This document shows positions 25,561-39,200 of a stretch of 64,000 bases of DNA, in pieces (positions within the stretch are counted from its first letter, which is position 1; each line of letters starts with the position of its first letter). Location of the stretch: contig NC_092671.1 in assembly GCF_964355755.1 (NCBI RefSeq), positions 37,334,304 through 37,398,303 of the forward strand, in the 5' to 3' direction. This DNA comes from Antedon mediterranea (Eukaryota > Animalia > Echinodermata). The translations under genes were made by a program, and so were the position numbers. The notes beneath the pieces were generated by a model that worked only from the letters and a program-made list of their open reading frames with translations, ran no database searches and was not told the DNA's origin.

Positions 25561-27360
25561 TCAGCAATGCAGTTATCATTGTCAACATCATCAGGAATGC
25601 AGTTATCATTGTCACCGTCATCAGCAATGCAGTTATCATTGTCAACATCATCAGCAATGCAGTTATCATTGTCACCGTCATCAGCAATGCAGTTATCATT
25701 GTCAACGTCATCAGCAATGCAGTTATCATTGTCAACATCATCAGCAATGCCGTTATCATTGTCACCGTCATCAGCAATGCAGAGATCATTGTCACCTTCA
25801 TCAGCAATGCAGTTATCATTGTCACCGTCATCAGCAATGCCGTTATCATTGTCACCTTCATCAGCAATGCAGTTATCATTGTCACCTTCATCAGCAATGC
25901 AGTTATCATTGTCACCTTCATCAGCAATGCAGTTATCATTGTCAACGTCATCAGCAATGCAGTTATCATTGTCACCGTCATCAGCAATGCAGTTATCATT
26001 GTCAACATCATCAGCAATGCCGTTATCATTGTCACCGTCATCAGCAATGCAGTTATCATTGTCACCGTCATCAGCAATGCCGTTATCATTGTCACCTTCA
26101 TCAGCAATGCAGTTATCATTGTCACCTTCATCAGCAATGCAGTTATCATTGTCACCTTCATCAGCAATGCAGTTATCATTGTCAACGTCATCAGCAATGC
26201 AGTTATCATTGTCACCGTCATCAGCAATGCAGTTATCATTGTCACCGTCATCAGCAATGCAGTTATCATTGTCACCGTCATCAGCAATGCAGTTATCATT
26301 GTCACCGTCATCAGCAATGCAGTTATCATTGTCACCATCATCAGCAATGCAGTTATCATTGTCACCGTTATCAGCAATGCAGTTATCATTGTCACCGTCA
26401 TCAGCAATGCAGTTATCATTGTCACCTTCATCAGCAATGCAGTTATCATTGTTACCGTCATCAGCAATGCAGTTATCATTGTCACCGTCATCAGCAATGC
26501 AGTTATCATTGTCACCGTCATCAGCAATGCAGTTATCATTGTCACCGTCATCAGCAATGCCGTTATCATTGTCACCTTCATCAGCAATGCAGTTATCATT
26601 GTCACCTTCATCAGCAATGCAGTTATCATTGTCACCTTCATCAGCAATGCAGTTATCATTGTCAACGTCATCAGCAATGCAGTTATCATTGTCACCGTCA
26701 TCAGCAATGCAGTTATCATTGTCACCGTCATCAGCAATGCAGTTATCATTGTCACCTTCATCAGCAATGCAGTTATCATTGTCACCGTCATCAGCAATGC
26801 CGTTATCATTGTCACCGTCATCAGCAATGCCGTTATCATTGTCACCGTCATCAGCAATGCAGTTATCATTGTCACCGTCATCAGCAATGCAGTTATCATT
26901 GTCACCGTCATCAGCAATGCAGTTATCATTGTCACCGTCATCAGCAATGCAGTTATCATTGTCAACGTCATCAGCAATGCAGTTATCATTGTCACCGTCA
27001 TCAGCAATGCAGTTATCATTGTCACCTTCATCAGCAATGCAGTTATCATTGTCACCGTCATCAGCAATGCAGTTATCATTGTCACCGTCATCAGCAATGC
27101 AGTTATCATTGTCACCGTCATCAGCAATGCCGTTATCATTGTCACCGTCATCAGCAATGCAGTTATCATTGTCACCGTCATCAGCAATGCAGTTATCATT
27201 GTCACCGTCATCAGCAATGCAGTTATCATTGTCATCGTCATCAGCAATGCAGTTATCATTGTCACCGTTATCAGCAATGCAGTTATCGGCAACGTCATCA
27301 ACAATGCAGTTATCGGCAACGTCATTAACAATGCAGTTATCAGCAACGTCATCGCCAATG
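25561..27360. repeat. 30-bp minisatellite (~57 units), decaying into 21-bp units
   Basis: Unit tcagcaatgcagttatcattgtcaccgtca. Variation is almost confined to position 11 and positions 25-27. Confidence 0.97.
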
Positions 27361-27524
27361 CAACACCAATATGATTAATTGTTGCCATCAACATTTATCT
27401 TCAATGCAGTGTTATCGCCAACATCACACACATCCATCTCTTGCCAATTCCAAAAATAAACAAACAAATGTTATATACAGACTGTATATTCATTCTCATA
27501 TCTACAATAATCACTTTATTATTA

Positions 27525-30500
27525 CTCTAGTAGCTAGATCAACTTTCGTATGCACTTTGAGGTCCAGAGAATTTGACTTCAGAAATTGGTTTAGGATGGT
27601 CAAACAATCATTTTTGGCTTGGTTACACATTTTGAAAATGTGGCGAAAGGTCAAAAGGTCAGGGTGAAAGGTCATAAGACCAAACACCAATATGTCCTTA
27701 AATCTCAACAACCACTGGTCACAGCGAAGTAATTTTGATCTCAAATTGATCAAAAGGTATACATTTATATTCAGTCTAATGGGACATTTTAGTTTAAAAT
27801 GACCGGAAATGCCATTTCTGACCTTTGATCCACAACCCAGGGCATGTATTTATCTCCGTAACTACTTGTCGTAGACACTTGAATTTGGTTTTAAATTGTT
27901 CGAAATATATATTTTGTTATTTGTTATACATTTTGAAAAATGTTACAAAAGGTCAAAGGGTCAGGGTCAAGGGTTATATAAACAAATAAATAAAGGTACT
28001 TGTATCTCGGCAACCACTGGTCGAAGCAAGTCAATTTTGGTCTCAAAATGTTCAGAAGGCCTGCATTTATATTCCGTCTAATGGGGCATTTTAGTAAAAA
28101 ATGATCAGAAATGCCATTTCTGACCTTTGACTCACATACCAGGGTATCTTCATATCTCTGTAAGTACTGGTCGTAGAAACTTAAATTTGGTATCAAATTG
28201 TTCGAAATATACATATTTACATTCATTGTAATAGAAAATGTGGTTAAAAGATGAACAGAAAATACTATTACTAATGTTTCAAACAAAAAACTATCAAAAA
28301 TATCTCTACACAACTTATACTGCCTTAGACAGTAATGTTATGCAATATGATACTTTAAATTGTTTCAATTTCAAGTAGGCCTACTGGTTTCTGCTGTCCA
28401 CGAGAACATTTTGATATAAACGTCAAGCTCAACAGTTCTTTTCAGAATGCTAGAAGTAACTTGCCATGTGTATCCGATTATACGCCCCGGGCATTTATTG
28501 TTCAAAAGGGTTTTTAGGGGGAGGGGAGGCATCCTTATTTTGGGTATAATATGGTAACATGTATAATCAAATAAATACCACCTAGATGTAAAAAAATACA
28601 GCACAATTAATATCAAAAAATGATAAAATTATGTCAAAATGCTTGGTAAATTGTAGATCATGGTAGTTAATGAAATGTGTTGTGATACAATTATTTTCTA
28701 AATGCATGTGGCGGAGTGTTTATTCCACATGATGTTCTATTGGAGGGAATGGAAGCTTTTATTCAAAGCGGATGTTAATTCGAATAAATACTCGAGCTCA
28801 ACAGTTAAGAATGCTAGAAGTAACTTACCATAGTTACCCGAATAAAAGGTCCGGGCATTTAATTATTCAGGGAAGGCGTTTATTTTGTTTCAGTGTAATA
28901 ATGGTAACAATACATGTATAATCCAATAAATACACCCCAGATAAAAAAAAAATAAATTAATATAATAAGAATAATAACTGGATTAAACCTCATTCTATCC
29001 TGTTGCAAGTACAATCATGTAATAAAAGGTATCACAGACAACTATAATAGACCAATTCATTGTCATTATTCCGTAACACTGTTGCATAATATTTTTGAGT
29101 GTTACCGACAAAACTTATACATAATATGTATAAGTTTTGTCGGTGTATATTATACACGTCTGTTCACAGTGTAGATAATAAAACAATATATGTTTCTGGA
29201 GATTTATTATCAATACCACTAGAAACTTTGACATGTTTTAGGTACTGAATTCATTGATAATAAAAGCATCAGAAGTTATCATGATAAAATCATACAACAA
29301 CACTGTACTACAGTACACAAGGGTGTTTTCAGGAAAGCTGGACATATTGTACAATAGTAATGAAGCTATGTATTGGCATTTAAAAATATGCAAAAGATTG
29401 TTGTCAAATTGTAGTCACAAACAAACAGATGATAGAATGAAGATCCATTATGAGTGCAATCGTGTCAGGATAATGATATGTCATTGTTTTATATCATTAT
29501 ACTGGCACCTGGAGGTGAAGATCCATTTAATGTTATCTATGACAGTGTCACTTTTATTCTAAAAGACAGAAACATTTCGTTAAAAAGCATAAAGAAGAAA
29601 ACGAATCATGTAAAGTACCTTTTATCAGTTGAGAAACGAATTATAATTATTAAAATTAGACTATTTATTCGAATTAACACCCGCTTTGAATAAAAGCCTC
29701 CCTCAAATAAACACCACCATTCCCTCCAATAGAACATCATGTGGAATAACGCTCTGCCACATGCATTTACAAAATAATTGTATCACAACACATTACATTA
29801 ACTACCATAATCTACAATTTACCAAGCATTTTTTTCACTTTTTGATATTAATTGTGCTGTATTTTTTTTTACATCTAGGTGGTATTTATTTGATTATACA
29901 TATTACCATATTATACCCCAAATAAAGATGCCTCCCCTCCCCCTAAAAACCCATTTGAACAATAAATGCCTGGGGAGTTTAATCGGATACACATGGCAAG
30001 TTACTTCTAGCATTCTGAAAAGAACTGTTGAGCTTGACGTTTCTATCAAAATGTTCTTGGGGACAGCAATAACTAGTACTTGAAATTGAAACAATTTAAA
30101 GTATCAGTTATTGCATAACATTACTGTCTAAGGATAAGTTATGTAGAGATATGTTTTTTGTTTGAAACATTAGTAATAGTATTTCTGTAAATGTAAATAT
30201 GTATATTTCAAACAATTTGATACCAAATTTAAGTTTCTACGACCAGTACTTACAGAGATATGAAGATGCCATGATATGTGGGTCAAAGGTCAGAAATGGC
30301 ATTTCTGATAATTTTTGACTAAAATGTCCCATTAGATTGAATATGAAAGCATGCCTTCTGAACATTTTGAGACTAAAATCGACTTGCTGCGACGAGTGGT
30401 TGCCGAGATACAAGTATCTATTTATATTTGTTCATATAACCTTTGACCTTGACCCTTTGACCTTTTGTAACATTTTTAAAAATGTGCTACAAATAACAAA

Positions 30501-30888
30501 ATGTTTATTTCAAACAATTTAAGACCAAATTCAAGTGTCTACGATCAGTAGTTATGGAGATACATACATGCCCTGGGGTGTGGGTCAAAGGTCAGAAATG
30601 ACATTTCCGGTCATTTTTGACTAAAATGTCCCATTAGACTGAATATAAATGTATACTTTCTGATCAATTTGAGACCAAAATTACCTCGCTGTGACCAGTG
30701 GTTGTCGAGATTTAAGGACCTATTGGTATTTAGTTTGATAACCTTTCACCCTGACCTTTTGACCTTTCGCCACATTTTCAAAATGTGTAACCAAGCCAAT
30801 AATGATTGTTTGACCATCCTAAACCAATTTCTGAAGTCAAATTCTCTGGACCTCAAAGTGCATACGAAAGTTGATCTAGCTACTAGAG
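27525..30888. mobile_element. 3.36-kb foldback DNA element with ~1.25-kb TIRs
   Basis: TA|CTCTAGTAGCTAGATCAACTTTCG ... CGAAAGTTGATCTAGCTACTAGAG|TA. Arms 27525-~28790 and ~29660-30888, each with an internal ~300-bp subrepeat. The spacer is non-coding. Confidence 0.88.
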
Positions 30889-31784
30889 TATATGTACATG
30901 TACAATCCCAAGTTCATGCATACAGATTACTGTATTCCTCTGTGTAGCAATAATACCTGAACATATTATGCCAAAATTTTGGATCTTATCCACATAAACA
31001 ATTAATAAAATTGATGATGCAACACAGCCGTTGCTGGCACATCCTTTAGGGGACATTTTTACCAATGATTTACATTTCACTAGATATTTAGAAATTTTTG
31101 TGAGTTTTCCCTGCAAAAGTAATGCTGATTCATCAATGACTGTAACACAATACAAATACTGTTAAGCTTAGAATCTCATTTATAAAGCTGTGTAAAGTTG
31201 TTGTTGACATTATCAACATGTGATGTGCCCAAATATGGTAGCAATATGCTTAAATATTGTAGTGATATGTCCATCATGTCAATATATGGGCACATCACAT
31301 TTTTTTGTCACATAAAGTTTGTGATAGTGTAGACATAGATATTTCAGCATTACCTAGGCCTTATATGACACGTCATCTATAATCAATTGTATTACTCTTT
31401 ATATTACTCTCAATTTATCAGTAACCGACAGCGACCGTGTCGGTGGGTTAATTATTATTTTTGTATCTGTTTGTTCCATTGATTTTGTATGTATCTGTTG
31501 TCTATATATTTATTTTAAGAACGCACCGTGTATGAACATGTGGCACCGTTGTAAAGGTGTAGTTTTAAAAAATATTATTATTATAAAGTAAACTTAATGG
31601 CTTGCCTACTTTAAATTACTTGTTTCATGTATGCAAATTCACATTGGAATGAAGAATTAAGGAATTGTAACAAAATCAAAATCGTTTAGTTCATACAAAG
31701 AATCTAACTTTGTACATGTACTGTTGTTTTGAGAACATAATAATTGAAATGAAACTTAAAATTAAATCTAATGAACTCAACTTA

Positions 31785-31926
31785 AGCTCTGTCCACACTA
31801 TCAAACTTAAAGTGACAAAAAAAGTGTGATGTGCCCAAATATGGTAGTGATATGACATCATCATGTCCATACAAGGCCACATCACATTTTTTTGGCTACA
31901 TAAAGTTCGATAGTGTGGACAGAGCT
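31785..31926. mobile_element. PIF/Harbinger (Tourist-like) MITE, high-copy family
   Basis: TIR AGCTCTGTCTACACTATCAAAC with TWA flanks. Other copies or fragments at ~13560-13690, 31184-31340, 36637-36760, 37102-37339, 39115-39259, 40186-40233, 47565-47715, 47877-48016, 53418-53554, 53780-53924 and 61375-61516. Confidence 0.85.
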
Positions 31927-32462
31927 TAAGTTTAGGTCAACCATTTCTCTCTTCATGATTGGGGCCTACATAATTTTTAACACCATCCTCATAAATAAGA
32001 CACGAAGCCTTCTGTTTAAATGCTAAATAATAAATAAAACAGAAATACAACAACAACTATGCTTCTATTTTTAAAGGAACACAAAGCTATTTGTTGGAGG
32101 CTATCAACTGTATATTGTTTACTGTTATATTGTTTACTGTTATACAATATTCACATAAAAAAATATAATCTAATGTTATGTTCTCAGTTGCATATATAAC
32201 CCTGGTATACTAACCAGATTGCTATACAATCTACTCTATAGACATTAAATGTCCCAACAAAATATAAACCATTTTACTAAATAAATAACTAAATTGTTTG
32301 AAAACAGAATAAATAACTTCTATTATAATTAACATCAGCTGTTTATGTTCATTGTTCATTTTTTTTCTTACTATATTAAAGTTGCACTTTTTAACATCTG
32401 GTAGTGGGGGCAGGATGCAGAGACACAGGCATATTGGACAAAAGGTAGTTGTACTGACGGAC

Positions 32463-32591
32463 CAGTGGCATAACGGCTATAAGCGCTCACTGACTAAACC
32501 CAGAGGCCCCTGAGCATGAGCAGTCACAATGCATCTACCCAGTGTTGGAGGGCCCCTTAGGAGTGCTAAACCTTTTTCCGTTACACCACTG
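32463..32591. mobile_element. hAT-like MITE
   Basis: TIR cagtggcataacgg / ccgttacaccactg with an 8-bp TSD (t/a)gacggac. Confidence 0.7.
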
Positions 32592-32827
32592 AGACGGACA
32601 CTGATACAAACAGTAAATTCAAGATATATTATTAACAAAGTATATTGATTGTTTACCATATCAGTATTCAATCAAGGTATTACTGTTATTTCATAAAACA
32701 GACATCTCCACACAAAAAGTATTGTTTACCATTTAGTGTATTGTGGAATGGGTTTACACATATAATTTTACTATTACTGTATGAATAAATGCATAGCTAT
32801 ATAAATGCTATTACTAATTGAGCCTAA

Positions 32828-33012
32828 AGCTTGGTTCCCACTACATACGCAATGTAACGGAAAATGCCCTTCCAATAATTTTGTTTTCCCCCGCCTGCGT
32901 GAAATCAAACCTGCGATGTTTGCAGCATTGTTGCGTCGTCGGTTCCCACTTATGATTACACAATACAGCACTTTGCGTCGATATTTCGTTACGTTCTAAT
33001 GGGAACCACGCT
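32828..33012. mobile_element. Harbinger-like MITE
   Basis: TIR agcttggttccca / tgggaaccacgct with TWA flanks. Related ends at ~12189-12470 and ~45969-46109. Confidence 0.65.
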
Positions 33013-33243
33013 TTAGGGTCAGTACATGTTTACGTTATTTTTAATTTTCTGCATACAATTAAAAACGAAGTAAAAACCAACTGAGCTCATGTCAATAATA
33101 GTCACATAGGTACGGCAAGTAACATTCACTTATTACACGTATACGTTGGAAGATCTAAGGACATACTGTACGTCAAGGCATACTAAGACGGTTTGGCACA
33201 AATACTCATCAACTAAATGACCGAAGTCACTAATTGGTCAATT

Positions 33244-36200
33244 CTACGGACGATTAATACCTAGGACGAATTCACCAACACCGATGTAGTACACGCCCTG
33301 AGCAATGCCGAATAACGGAGCTATTACGAGCATTCGACAGGAAGCACCCTTGAAGAAAGCAGACAGGCCCTCATTTTTATATATTTTCATTGCACAATCC
33401 ACGATACCAGTATAGCACTGTTCTCCCTTAGCTTGTTTTATTAACTGTAGTCTTGTCTTTATAACTGAAAGTATAAAACATAAGCAATATATTTAAACGC
33501 AAGCAGAAAAATATCAATAACATAAACTATTATCAATTTTATTAGTCAAAGGTATAGTAAATATCTGGAAAATATCTGGAAATATGGGCTGGTGACCCAT
33601 ATCTGAAAGAGCAGGGCCACGAGCTATCTTAAAGTTACAGCTCCACAATATTATTATTCAACACAACATTTACAATATTCACTAGTTATATAGCTTCACT
33701 TATACACCATGAATAAATAAATAATTAATTCTGTAAAGATGTTCACGATAGAAAAAATAATACAGTATAAAGTCAAATGCATGCTCTACTTTGAAAAGGT
33801 CTAAGCTATTATATGACAGAGAAAGAGTAATTCAATTCCATCATGTACAGTTCTATAGTTATACTATTAAGTGTATACAATATCAAAGCAATGGGTTTAT
33901 ATAGCCAACGCTTGTTATTTGCAGTATATCAAATTAATTCTTCGATTTCAAATCTATAAAGTTTAGTATCAGAATATGTCGTGGAAGTAATTTCATTGCA
34001 ATTCTCATGAGAAAATGCGGCTTATTCCATCTACGTACTTCAGTACGCAATAGTCTCCCTTAAGATTAATTGAATCTCTCTGCTGCCTTTACGCATCGAT
34101 GAATATCGTCTCACTTTATATACTTATTATTAGCTTAATCAAATCAATGCAATGTAGATTTATTTTTTAGCTCCAACATGCTTAATCAAAGTTTCAAATC
34201 ACATTTAATTCTAATAATCAAAGTATTGGAATGGTTCAAAACTCAAATGTTTAATTACAAATTTAATACTACATTAAAATAGGTGATTTCTTTTGCAAAA
34301 ATAAACTCTAAAATGAATAGTAGTAATAAAAGTAGTTGCATACCATCAATAGGGTTAACTGATATGGAAGAGCAAGTTGCTGCTAGGCAACCAGATACAA
34401 ATGAATGACCAAAAGTTGCTTTTCCTCCTTCATATGGTATCCCCTACAAAAATATTAAAAATCATTTTTATATTATTTTTATTTATTTATTTAATCACAC
34501 TCACAATTTTGGCTTATTATTTATATAATATAGCAATTAAAATAAACACATATAAAAACATCAAACAAAATAATAAGTTTAAACAGTCGAACACAAAATA
34601 AATAACGACCATACAAGGAAAGGACTCAACATTTTTATATATATTTACTATAGATACTATAGTTTATATCAGCTTCTGCTTTTACGTAGTTTTTCGAGAG
34701 CTTTTCCAACTTTGGTAAGTCCTTGATTGACACCTAAGTGTTTAAGATAATGTCATGAACAATGTTACAGATCTTTCGACAACATAATCATTTTATATAC
34801 ATATGTGCACTGATGAAGGGCTAGTGTTGTCCGAAAGCTCTGCTAACTTTTCTGGCTGTTTTACTTCTCGTTTTGATTTCGTTTTTATTTTGTATCTCCA
34901 TTGAGATCCAGCCACTGATACCCACAGCATTGACATTTTTTCAGTAATTTGCCTTTGGATGGATATATATATATGTGTAAATAAATATATTAAAAATTAC
35001 TTACTACTAGAGGGAATAATTTTAATATATTTCTTTAAGTATTTGGCTTACGTATTCAAGTCACCACACCAGACACAAAATTTAGTTAAAATTGTTAAAA
35101 TTGAAAATATAAATGCACAAAAGATCTCACCTTTTGATTGAGGTATGCAAACAGTGGAAAATAGATCATTGAAAATGGAATGTCTCGCATCAACGTGGCT
35201 CCAAGCCCCCGATATATTCCCAGAATTCCTTTAGCACGAAAGAGCTCCCTCGTAATCTCGATGGCTGTGGGTGTCCTCGACCCGGCAGCAGTCGCTGAGT
35301 AAGCCCTTGTGAGTAACGGACTGAGTTTGGAAGATAATTCTCCGGATGGACCTTGAGCCGACATGTTTCGAAGACTATTTAAGCTTGCTGAAAATAACAA
35401 TTAATTAATCATAGTGGTTTAAAAGGATTTAATTCTAATTTAAAATCTTTTTTTATGCATTTATGGAAATTAATTTTTAAGCTATAAAGTAGAACTATAA
35501 CAAAAATGTCAGCCACATCAAGGACAATTTTATATGAATTTTAATCAAAGAAACTGGGCTCAATATCATTCCCTCTCATGTTTTAAAGTTTTACTATATG
35601 CGAAGTAAAATTTAGAAATGTTCTAAATTAAAGATATATTGTCTCCCTAAAATTTATTTAAATATGCTAAATATTTTATTGTCAAACAATAGTCATTAAC
35701 TTAGTTAAATTGGGTATTTGATAAAAATGTAACTGTTAATTTTGTCATTTTATAAGTGACATTTTTTTTATGGAAATTTATTAATCTATATTTTTCATGT
35801 TTTTGGGGGACAATACATCTTAAATTTTTAAAAATTACAACAAAATATGTAAACTACGCTTACTGCTTCTGCCAGCATCCTGCAGTTGAATTTTCAACAT
35901 TTCCATAGGGGTGGTGATCACTACTTGGCACAGCCCAGCACCTCCCCCTGCTATCAGCTGTTTGTACATTGGAAGTTTTTCACTATTTTAAAAAAAGTAT
36001 TTTAGTTTGTAAGTAAGTTGCACAGATATATTAAATTTTTTTACATTTTTAATTATAACATATTCAAATGTTATTTAAATTGAAAAATCAGGAAATAAAA
36101 AAATTTAAATAAAAAAGGAATAAAAAAAAAAAAACATTTGCAAAGTAGAGAAAAAAAAGGCAGTAGAAACCTAGTAAAAAGAACTGTTGAAGAAACAGTT

Positions 36201-39200
36201 ATCTATAATAGAGAGCAACACAATCCTAATCAAATTTCTTGTTGAAAACAACACACATATCAAATAAAACATATTTGTTCTTCATATTAGAGTGATTTTA
36301 TTGAATGTCAAACCAATTGATTAAGCACGATATTAGCAAGTATCTGAAAGTGAGTGGGCAGTGGGGGTAGCGCCATTGGCTGTAATCGAAATCTCTGCAG
36401 ACAGTATTTGCATTCAGGTATCATATGCTGTAAAAGAATATGAACAAGTATTGATTGGTAAACATCTACATTCCATTCACAATGTAAAATGTAATTAACT
36501 TTGGATACAGTTTCAGATATGCCTGCCAAGAGCAGAAAAGAACAGCCAACCAAATTCGCCACAGAACGAAAACTTGGTTCAAATCCTAACCTCTTCAAAT
36601 AGCTAGGATTCGATACATTCACTCAATTATGACTTAAGCTCTGTCTACACTATCAAACTAGTTTGACAAAAACTGTGTGATGTGCCTAAATATGGCAGTG
36701 ATATGCCCCAATATGGTAGTGAATGACATGTCCATATGGACATTTATCACATAAAATTTAACAACTATTTTAACAACTATTATTCATAATCGCATACAGT
36801 ACCTACTTTACTAGTGTTCATTTTTACATTAATATTCATTGCGATTGCAACCAGTAGGAATTTTTATTTTTAGAACGAGTTCAAATTCTATTCCTTCCAT
36901 ACAACTTTTACTAGACTAGTTTAGTGTTTAAATTACGTTGTTAATATTCTTTATGAGCACCACTAGCAAGATTTGTTTTTAACCATTCCGACTCAAGCAT
37001 AGGTAGATACGACACGTCATGAGTGTCAAATAGTTTTCCTTTTATATGAATAGTTGAATCTACTACATCTGGAACATAGACTATTTCACATGAACCTTTA
37101 AAGCTCTATCTACATTATCAAACTTTATGCGAAAAAAAAATGTGATGTGCCCATATCACTACCATATTTGAATTGAATTGAATTGAAATTTATATTTATA
37201 CTGGGTAACCTCTTCAGTCAAAGACTGGTCTCCCAGAGGGCCCAGTTGGTGATCAGTGGCTGTGATTTAAACATACCACTACCATATTTGGGTACATCAC
37301 AATTTTTGTCGCATAAAGTTTGATAATGCAGATAAAGCTTATACTAATAGTATACATAAAAAACTGATGTGTTTTCCAATTCACCTTTAAAGTACAAGTG
37401 TAAAATCTAATGAATTTGTTTTAAACAAATTAACGTAACAACCTACGCATACACTTATAGATTTCCATAGAAACTATCCAGCATAGCGCATCATGCATTG
37501 TAGCATTAAACAAACTGGAGACAGACAGAAAGCAAGTGATTGCAACTAAGCCTCATGACATTACAGATATTTCACACAATACTTAGATTTCAGATGACAT
37601 TTAAAAACCTAATAAGAATAGATAGTTCTTGGAACTTGTGAATAATGTGGATTTTCTTCTTTCAAAATCATATTGCCATTTTAAAGATGTTTTTATTTTT
37701 TTAAAGTAATTTTATAAGTAATTCTTATTTTAACTTTAAGTCATCATCTATATTATTTATATTATATGTATTAGTTATTTAGTAGTCATTGGTTGGAGGT
37801 ACACACCTAATTGGTGACAGTGGCTTAGGCTGCTGTTGTGCTTTCCTGGCAGCTAGTCACTATGTGGAGGTACACACCTAATTGGTGACAGTGGCTTAGG
37901 CTGCTTTTGTGCTTTCCTGGCAGCTAGTCACTATGTGGAGGTACACACCTAATAAGTGACAGTGGCTTAGGCTGCTTTTGTGCTTTCCTGGCAGCTAGTC
38001 ACTATGTGGAGGTACACACCTAATAAGTGACAGTGGCTTAGGCTACTTTTGTGCTTTCCTGGCAGCTAGTCACTATGTGGAGGTACACACCTAATTGGTG
38101 ACAGTGGCTTAGGCTGCTTTTGTGCTTTCCTGGCAGCTAGTCACTATGATTTTATATTTTCTCCTTGTGTCGTGTTTGTTTAATTTTTTTAATTGGATTG
38201 TATTTTGTAAAATGTAACTTTGGCCTGAATAAATAATAATGCACCGTTTTTCTACAGATGGTTTCAACTGCCCAACTGGAAATTTACCCACTGTATAAAT
38301 ATTCTATGTTCAATTATCTTTTAATAAGAGTAGACAAAAGTTTAATCTAATAAAGTAAATAAGCCTTTTGGATCAATCACCTAGATCAGTTTAGAATCCA
38401 ATCACATTAATAATATTAATTATATTTAATAGGATAATAATAAATGAATTTATTGGGGTTGTGGCATACAGTAACCTCAAATAATGTTTTTTTAATACAA
38501 TTATTAACTTCACTAAAGCGATCAAGCAACCATTCCATAGTAATAATGTTCATAATTATGTATTTAATGATTAATCATAAATTGAGACAGTATCATTAAT
38601 AATAAACAAAGTTGAACATTACTAACAGTAACAGTAATACTGTATTGCTTTCAACCAATAATATACACATTTATGATGCAATCTACTAACAAGTATTTGT
38701 ATAGTAGTTTTACTGTAGCTGGTATACACTGTCTACTCTGCTACTGTACAATAGCCAGTCTGTGTTGTTTTTTTTAACAGTATCATTGTTACAAGTTGAA
38801 CATTAGTATACAAATGTATAGTAACTGTATTACTATTCAACCAATAACATACATATTGATGACGCAATATACTACTAAATGGGGTCTTGTATACTACTGT
38901 ATACACTATATACCAACTCTGGGATTGCCAGTCTGTGTTCCTTTTTGGCCCAGTTCTTATTTGTTTTCTACCATACTCAATGGTTCATTTTTTAAAGACT
39001 TGCATATTGTTAAGATCAGATTCAAAGGTTTCATAGATAGTAATTGAAAAATTAATTACAATCTTGTTTGTTTTAATTTATTCATCTCTCCCACAAATGG
39101 ATACACACACTCTTAATGTGACATTTGAAAAGAAAATGCGATGTGCCCATATATGGACATGATGATGTCATATCCCTACCATATTTAAGAATATCACTAA

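Noticed and set aside
25481-27394. 637-aa and 603-aa ORFs on opposite strands
   Set aside because: Artefacts of a stop-free 30-bp tandem unit (a multiple of 3). No unique coding flanks or splice links.
33990-34130. Possible extra SLC25A exon
   Set aside because: No carrier similarity in the frame I read, and exons 34344-34443 and 33244-33464 already join in frame to give the complete protein.
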